Source: a virus
Taxonomy: Duplodnaviria > Caudoviricetes
DNA length: 64,000 bases
Direction: 5' to 3' (one strand)
IMG/VR virus record: IMGVR_UViG_3300048802_000015
Location: 1-64,000 of that record
Under the pieces are notes generated by a model. The model was given only the letters and a program-made list of their open reading frames with translations. It ran no database searches and was not told the origin of the DNA. Below, in pieces: positions 60,738 through 64,000 of this stretch (position 1 is the first letter of the stretch; every line of letters starts with the position of its first letter). Both the position numbers and the translations under genes were made by a program.

Positions 60738-62404
60738 TAGGGCTTCCCCCCCTGCCCGGCCGGCGGTGCCGGTGGCTCGTTCTTGTCCGCCGGTGGTGGC
60801 GCGTCCATGTTGCCGAACATCTGCGCCGACTCGTCCGCCTTCTGCTTTTCGATCTTCTCAATCATTGCCGCCGAGTCCTGCACCCCGAAGATGGGCGCCG
60901 CCTGGTTGATTGCCGTCTCGCTGTCAATCAGCTCGCTGGTCTTCGCCGAGACGATCGTCGTGACCTGCATCTGCTTGTCTGTCTCGGTGGGCGAGAAGTA
61001 GGCGCCCCACTTGAGGCGAATCCAGCCGCCCGGCCCGAGCACCCGCGGCGAGCCGTCCGACTTCTTCGGCAGGTCGAGCTCGAGTACGACCGTCTCGTCG
61101 CCGCGCTGGACTTCGGCGCCGTGGAACTTCCGCGCCATCATCTCGGCCAGGCGCAAGATCGGAATCACCCCGCAGTCGCCCCACTGGCTGCGGAACTCGT
61201 CGGCCTGTTCCAGCATGGGCGCGTAGATGTACTCCATCGCCTTCGCCGATTGGGCAGCGCCTGAGAGCTTCTCCGGGTCGGCCAGCACGCAGCGGGTGAC
61301 GTCGAGGATGTTCTGCTTGAGCCGGTCGACCAGCTTGTGGCCGGCTTCGACACCGCTGGCGATCATCTCCAAATACTTGGCGTCGCCCTGGCTGCCCACG
61401 TAGAGCGCGTTGTCGCTGCCCTTTCGCACCGAGCCGCCCATGGCCAGTAGCTCCTTCGGATCGATCTTGAGCACCAGCGTGGGGTCGAGGTTCAGCAGCA
61501 GCGCCTTATTCATCTGGCTCAACAGGCGATCGATGGTGTCGAAGGATTGCCACGCGCCCTGGCAGTCTGGGTCGCCGTCCTCTTGCTCGATGACCGGCTT
61601 GTTCTGAATCCACACGCCTGGGAAAACTCCGAGGCCGTGCTCGGCCGTCGACTCCACCTCCCAGGCGAGATTCGCCGCGGGTTCGATCTTCACCGGCTTG
61701 TAGACGGTGTCGTCCTGGTCGGTGATGATTCGCCGGTACAGGTACTCGACCACCCGGCTGGTCATCTCGCCGGTCTTCGGGTCGGTGACGAACTCCTCCT
61801 GCGGGTAGCGGTAGATGATGAGCGCCGCCAGGGGTTCGAGGGCGCGCCGATCTTTCCAGAGAATCTGCACGTGCTTCGGGTTGTGGGCCTGCATCACGAA
61901 ACGGCCGCGCTTCAGGTGCAGGGTCACCATTACCGAGCCGCAGGCCCCGCCGATCGCGCGCGCCTCACGCCACCGCGCCCAGAAGCGCATCTGCTCCATG
62001 CAGGCGTGAAGGAAGTCGTCGGTGTCCGGGTCGCCTTCGACCTCGACGTCCGGCTTGCGCGCGTCGCTGAACAGCAGGCCGGTGAAGCGGTCGACGATTG
62101 CTTTCGCGAGGTGGTAGGGAGCCGTGGGACGCTTCTGGCGGGCAAGTAGGTTCAGGGCTGGCTGGTTCCATCCGATCGGCACCTGGACGTTCGGGCTGAC
62201 GGTCTCGGCCGCATCGGCGGGCAGGCCAGACCAGTCATATGGCTGATGCAGATATTGTGTGCAGAGGTAGTGCGCCTCGTACCTGTTGATCTGGCGGAAG
62301 CGCTGCGTCTCCCCAACCACAGCCTGGTCAAAAAAGTATTGCTTGATGTCCGCTGCCAGCGGGATCCTGACCGAGACGTTCGCGGTCTGCGCCGTCGTGC
62401 TCAT
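60737..62404 (-). CDS. Portal protein
   Basis: 555 aa, IVDRFTGLLF, SGAAQSAKAME, DSETAI; start of the head module. Confidence 0.85.
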   Translation of the reverse strand: MSTTAQTANVSVRIPLAADIKQYFFDQAVVGETQRFRQINRYEAHYLCTQYLHQPYDWSGLPADAAETVSPNVQVPIGWNQPALNLLARQKRPTAPYHLAKAIVDRFTGLLFSDARKPDVEVEGDPDTDDFLHACMEQMRFWARWREARAIGGACGSVMVTLHLKRGRFVMQAHNPKHVQILWKDRRALEPLAALIIYRYPQEEFVTDPKTGEMTSRVVEYLYRRIITDQDDTVYKPVKIEPAANLAWEVESTAEHGLGVFPGVWIQNKPVIEQEDGDPDCQGAWQSFDTIDRLLSQMNKALLLNLDPTLVLKIDPKELLAMGGSVRKGSDNALYVGSQGDAKYLEMIASGVEAGHKLVDRLKQNILDVTRCVLADPEKLSGAAQSAKAMEYIYAPMLEQADEFRSQWGDCGVIPILRLAEMMARKFHGAEVQRGDETVVLELDLPKKSDGSPRVLGPGGWIRLKWGAYFSPTETDKQMQVTTIVSAKTSELIDSETAINQAAPIFGVQDSAAMIEKIEKQKADESAQMFGNMDAPPPADKNEPPAPPAGQGGKP

Positions 62405-62919
62405 GGAGTCTCTCCTGCGCTCGGGAAGTTCGACCGCGCGTTTAACTCGGGATGCGTATTGATGAATGTCTCGCGTGCCTGGGCGGCGGCCAGCTCGGTC
62501 GCGTGGATCCCAAGGTAGTGTTGTTTACCGGCGACCATGATTTGCGCTCGCCATTTCCTTTTTGCCCTATCCAAGGTGATCCCAAGATACTGGCTCGACG
62601 GGTTTTTCACGCGACGGCTGCAATTCCGAAGATTTTGAGCCGTCGTTACCTCGTCCAGGTTTTTGCGCCGATTGTCGAGCCCGTCGCCATTCCCGTGGTC
62701 CGTAAGCATAGCATCAGCAATTGGTCGCCCAAGTTTGCGCGCGAGAATTACCCGATGCATCGTCTCCTGCGTCCACCCTCCTCCGTGACGGCGTACACTC
62801 CTATGAGCATAGAAGGTATTCCTTTGTCGATGCGCGCTCCACTTGTGCGCAGCGATTGCCTCGAAGTCCTCGTCATCGACGAGGGCCACCTTGCCTTGGC
62901 TGAGCTGGATTTCCTTCAT
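62401..62919 (-). CDS. HNH endonuclease with AP2 domain (paralog of 25502-26059)
   Basis: IQLSQGKVALVDDED; DHGNGDGLDNRRKNL; YLGI..KWRAQI. Confidence 0.88.
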   Translation of the reverse strand: MKEIQLSQGKVALVDDEDFEAIAAHKWSAHRQRNTFYAHRSVRRHGGGWTQETMHRVILARKLGRPIADAMLTDHGNGDGLDNRRKNLDEVTTAQNLRNCSRRVKNPSSQYLGITLDRAKRKWRAQIMVAGKQHYLGIHATELAAAQARETFINTHPELNARSNFPSAGETP

Positions 62920-63103
62920 AGCTGCTCTCCGCCTGACATCCTATCACTGGGCGGCGTGGGGATGATAGCCGCGTGCAGCGCCTTGCCCCACAGCCTGTTC
63001 CACCAGCTCGGGCGAATCGCCGCCACATTGGCGTCCAGCTCCACCGGCACGCCGTCCATATTGGTGACGGTCGGGACCGGGAGCGTGTCGGCGAAGACCC
63101 GCG

Positions 63104-63568
63104 CTATCGTGGGACGAACGCCTGGATCTTCCGCTGGCTCTCCAGCTGGTGCTGCCGAATCCGCTCCTGATTCACCATGTCCTTGATCCATCGCCAAAAA
63201 GCCTCCGGTCCAGAGAACCAGGCAGTGACCTGCGAATCGGTCAGCGCCAGGCGCTTGGGTAGTTGCTTGTCCGCCGGTCGCCGCCACTGCCCTTCAAGGA
63301 TGGGCCGCGAGGGCTCCAGCGGGTTCGTCGACTCGCAGCCGGGCGGGATACTGTTTGCTGGCCAGTACGAAAAGCCCGCCCGTTCGAGTGCCTGCTTGAA
63401 CTGCTCGACGCGCCGGCCGTGCTGGGCGTCCGCCACTACCTCGCGATGCTGGACCGGGTCGAATACCGGGCGCAGCGGTGTATCGGCGGCAGACGTTCCT
63501 TCCTTGAGGGCCTGCATCGTGCGGGCGAATTCCTCGGGATTGAACGTCGTGCCGTCAGATAGCGCCAT
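63104..63568 (-). CDS. Hypothetical protein
   Basis: ATGA-coupled ORF. Confidence 0.55.
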   Translation of the reverse strand: MALSDGTTFNPEEFARTMQALKEGTSAADTPLRPVFDPVQHREVVADAQHGRRVEQFKQALERAGFSYWPANSIPPGCESTNPLEPSRPILEGQWRRPADKQLPKRLALTDSQVTAWFSGPEAFWRWIKDMVNQERIRQHQLESQRKIQAFVPR

Positions 63569-63717
63569 CAGGAACCCAGGGGGACGATGGGTGGCAGCGG
63601 CTGCGCCTCGACGTGCTTCGGCTCAGCCGTCTCGCCCTTGTCGAGCGGCGGGTGCGGCTCGAACTTCGGGGTATGGTCGCAGTCTCCCTCGCAGTCGTGC
63701 TTGCGTTCGGTGGGCAT
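63568..63717 (-). CDS. 49-aa hypothetical peptide (not in the ORF track)
   Basis: MPTERKHDCEGDCDHTPKFEPHPP..; GGAGG RBS. Confidence 0.5.
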   Translation of the reverse strand: MPTERKHDCEGDCDHTPKFEPHPPLDKGETAEPKHVEAQPLPPIVPLGS

Positions 63718-63752
63718 CGTGACCTCCTGGCTGAAGCCTATCACACCGTTGG

Positions 63753-64000
63753 CTAGACGGTCTTGCCGTCCACCGTGACGCCCAGCCCGGTGCCGGTGAC
63801 CACGATGGTTCGCGTAGAGGTCGGTGTGGGTGCGGGTGCGGGTGGCGGTGGGGTTGGGATCGGTACCGGCACGGGGACCGGCTGCGGTTGCAGGGCCGCG
63901 AGTAGCTTGCTCACCACCGGCGCGCCGAGGCCCGTGCAGCAGTCGTACCCGGCCTTGGCCACGTAGGTGCCGTTATTGCCCGACGTGATGTCCCGCATGG
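63753..64000 (-). CDS. C-terminal fragment of an S53 (sedolisin/kumamolisin-like) serine protease
   Basis: RDITSGNNG.Y.A..GYDCCTGLGAP matches the S53 C-terminal Ca-binding segment; cut by the window edge. Confidence 0.7.
   Translation of the reverse strand, partial: MRDITSGNNGTYVAKAGYDCCTGLGAPVVSKLLAALQPQPVPVPVPIPTPPPPAPAPTPTSTRTIVVTGTGLGVTVDGKTV

Larger units (their letters stand above)
1..64000 (-). mobile_element. Tailed phage/prophage genome segment, contractile-tail type
   Basis: Co-oriented, often ATGA/GTGA-coupled minus-strand genes for portal, capsid, sheath, tube, tape measure, baseplate J, endolysin and DnaB. No terminase or integrase in the window. Confidence 0.95.

Noticed and set aside
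1-64000. tRNA, tmRNA, integrase/att sites and terminase
   Set aside because: No T-loop or cloverleaf, tyrosine/serine recombinase motifs or terminase Walker motifs were recognised by eye. They may lie outside the window, so lifestyle cannot be called.

Overview
This window is a ~64 kb slice of a GC-rich tailed phage or prophage with a contractile (myovirus-type) tail. The host is unknown; the lipoprotein and gene content suggest a myxobacterium-like host, which is inference. Almost all genes are on the minus strand. Read from 64000 toward 1, the order is: a truncated S53-like protease; portal and head genes; major capsid; neck, tail sheath and tube; a frameshifted tail chaperone; tape measure; baseplate; a 1395-aa fibre; lysis genes; an early region (MoxR AAA, HExxH-VWA protein, sigma-like factor); a recombination module; two TnpB-only IS200/IS605 elements; two DNA methyltransferases; a replication initiator and DnaB. 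No terminase, integrase, tRNA or CRISPR array was seen. Top signals: (1) a ~350-nt non-coding stretch with five cUUCGg hairpins and nested long-range helices directly downstream of an HNH gene (52630-52977), plus a second ~510-nt hairpin-dense gap in the tail operon; (2) a GIY-YIG endonuclease that carries the first 8 codons of a C5-methyltransferase, with a recoded start behind it; (3) that methyltransferase is split over two nested reading frames; (4) two TnpB elements whose end hairpins are cross-matched; (5) a five-copy promoter-like motif together with a phage sigma-like gene. Family names come from motif recognition by eye, not from database searches.
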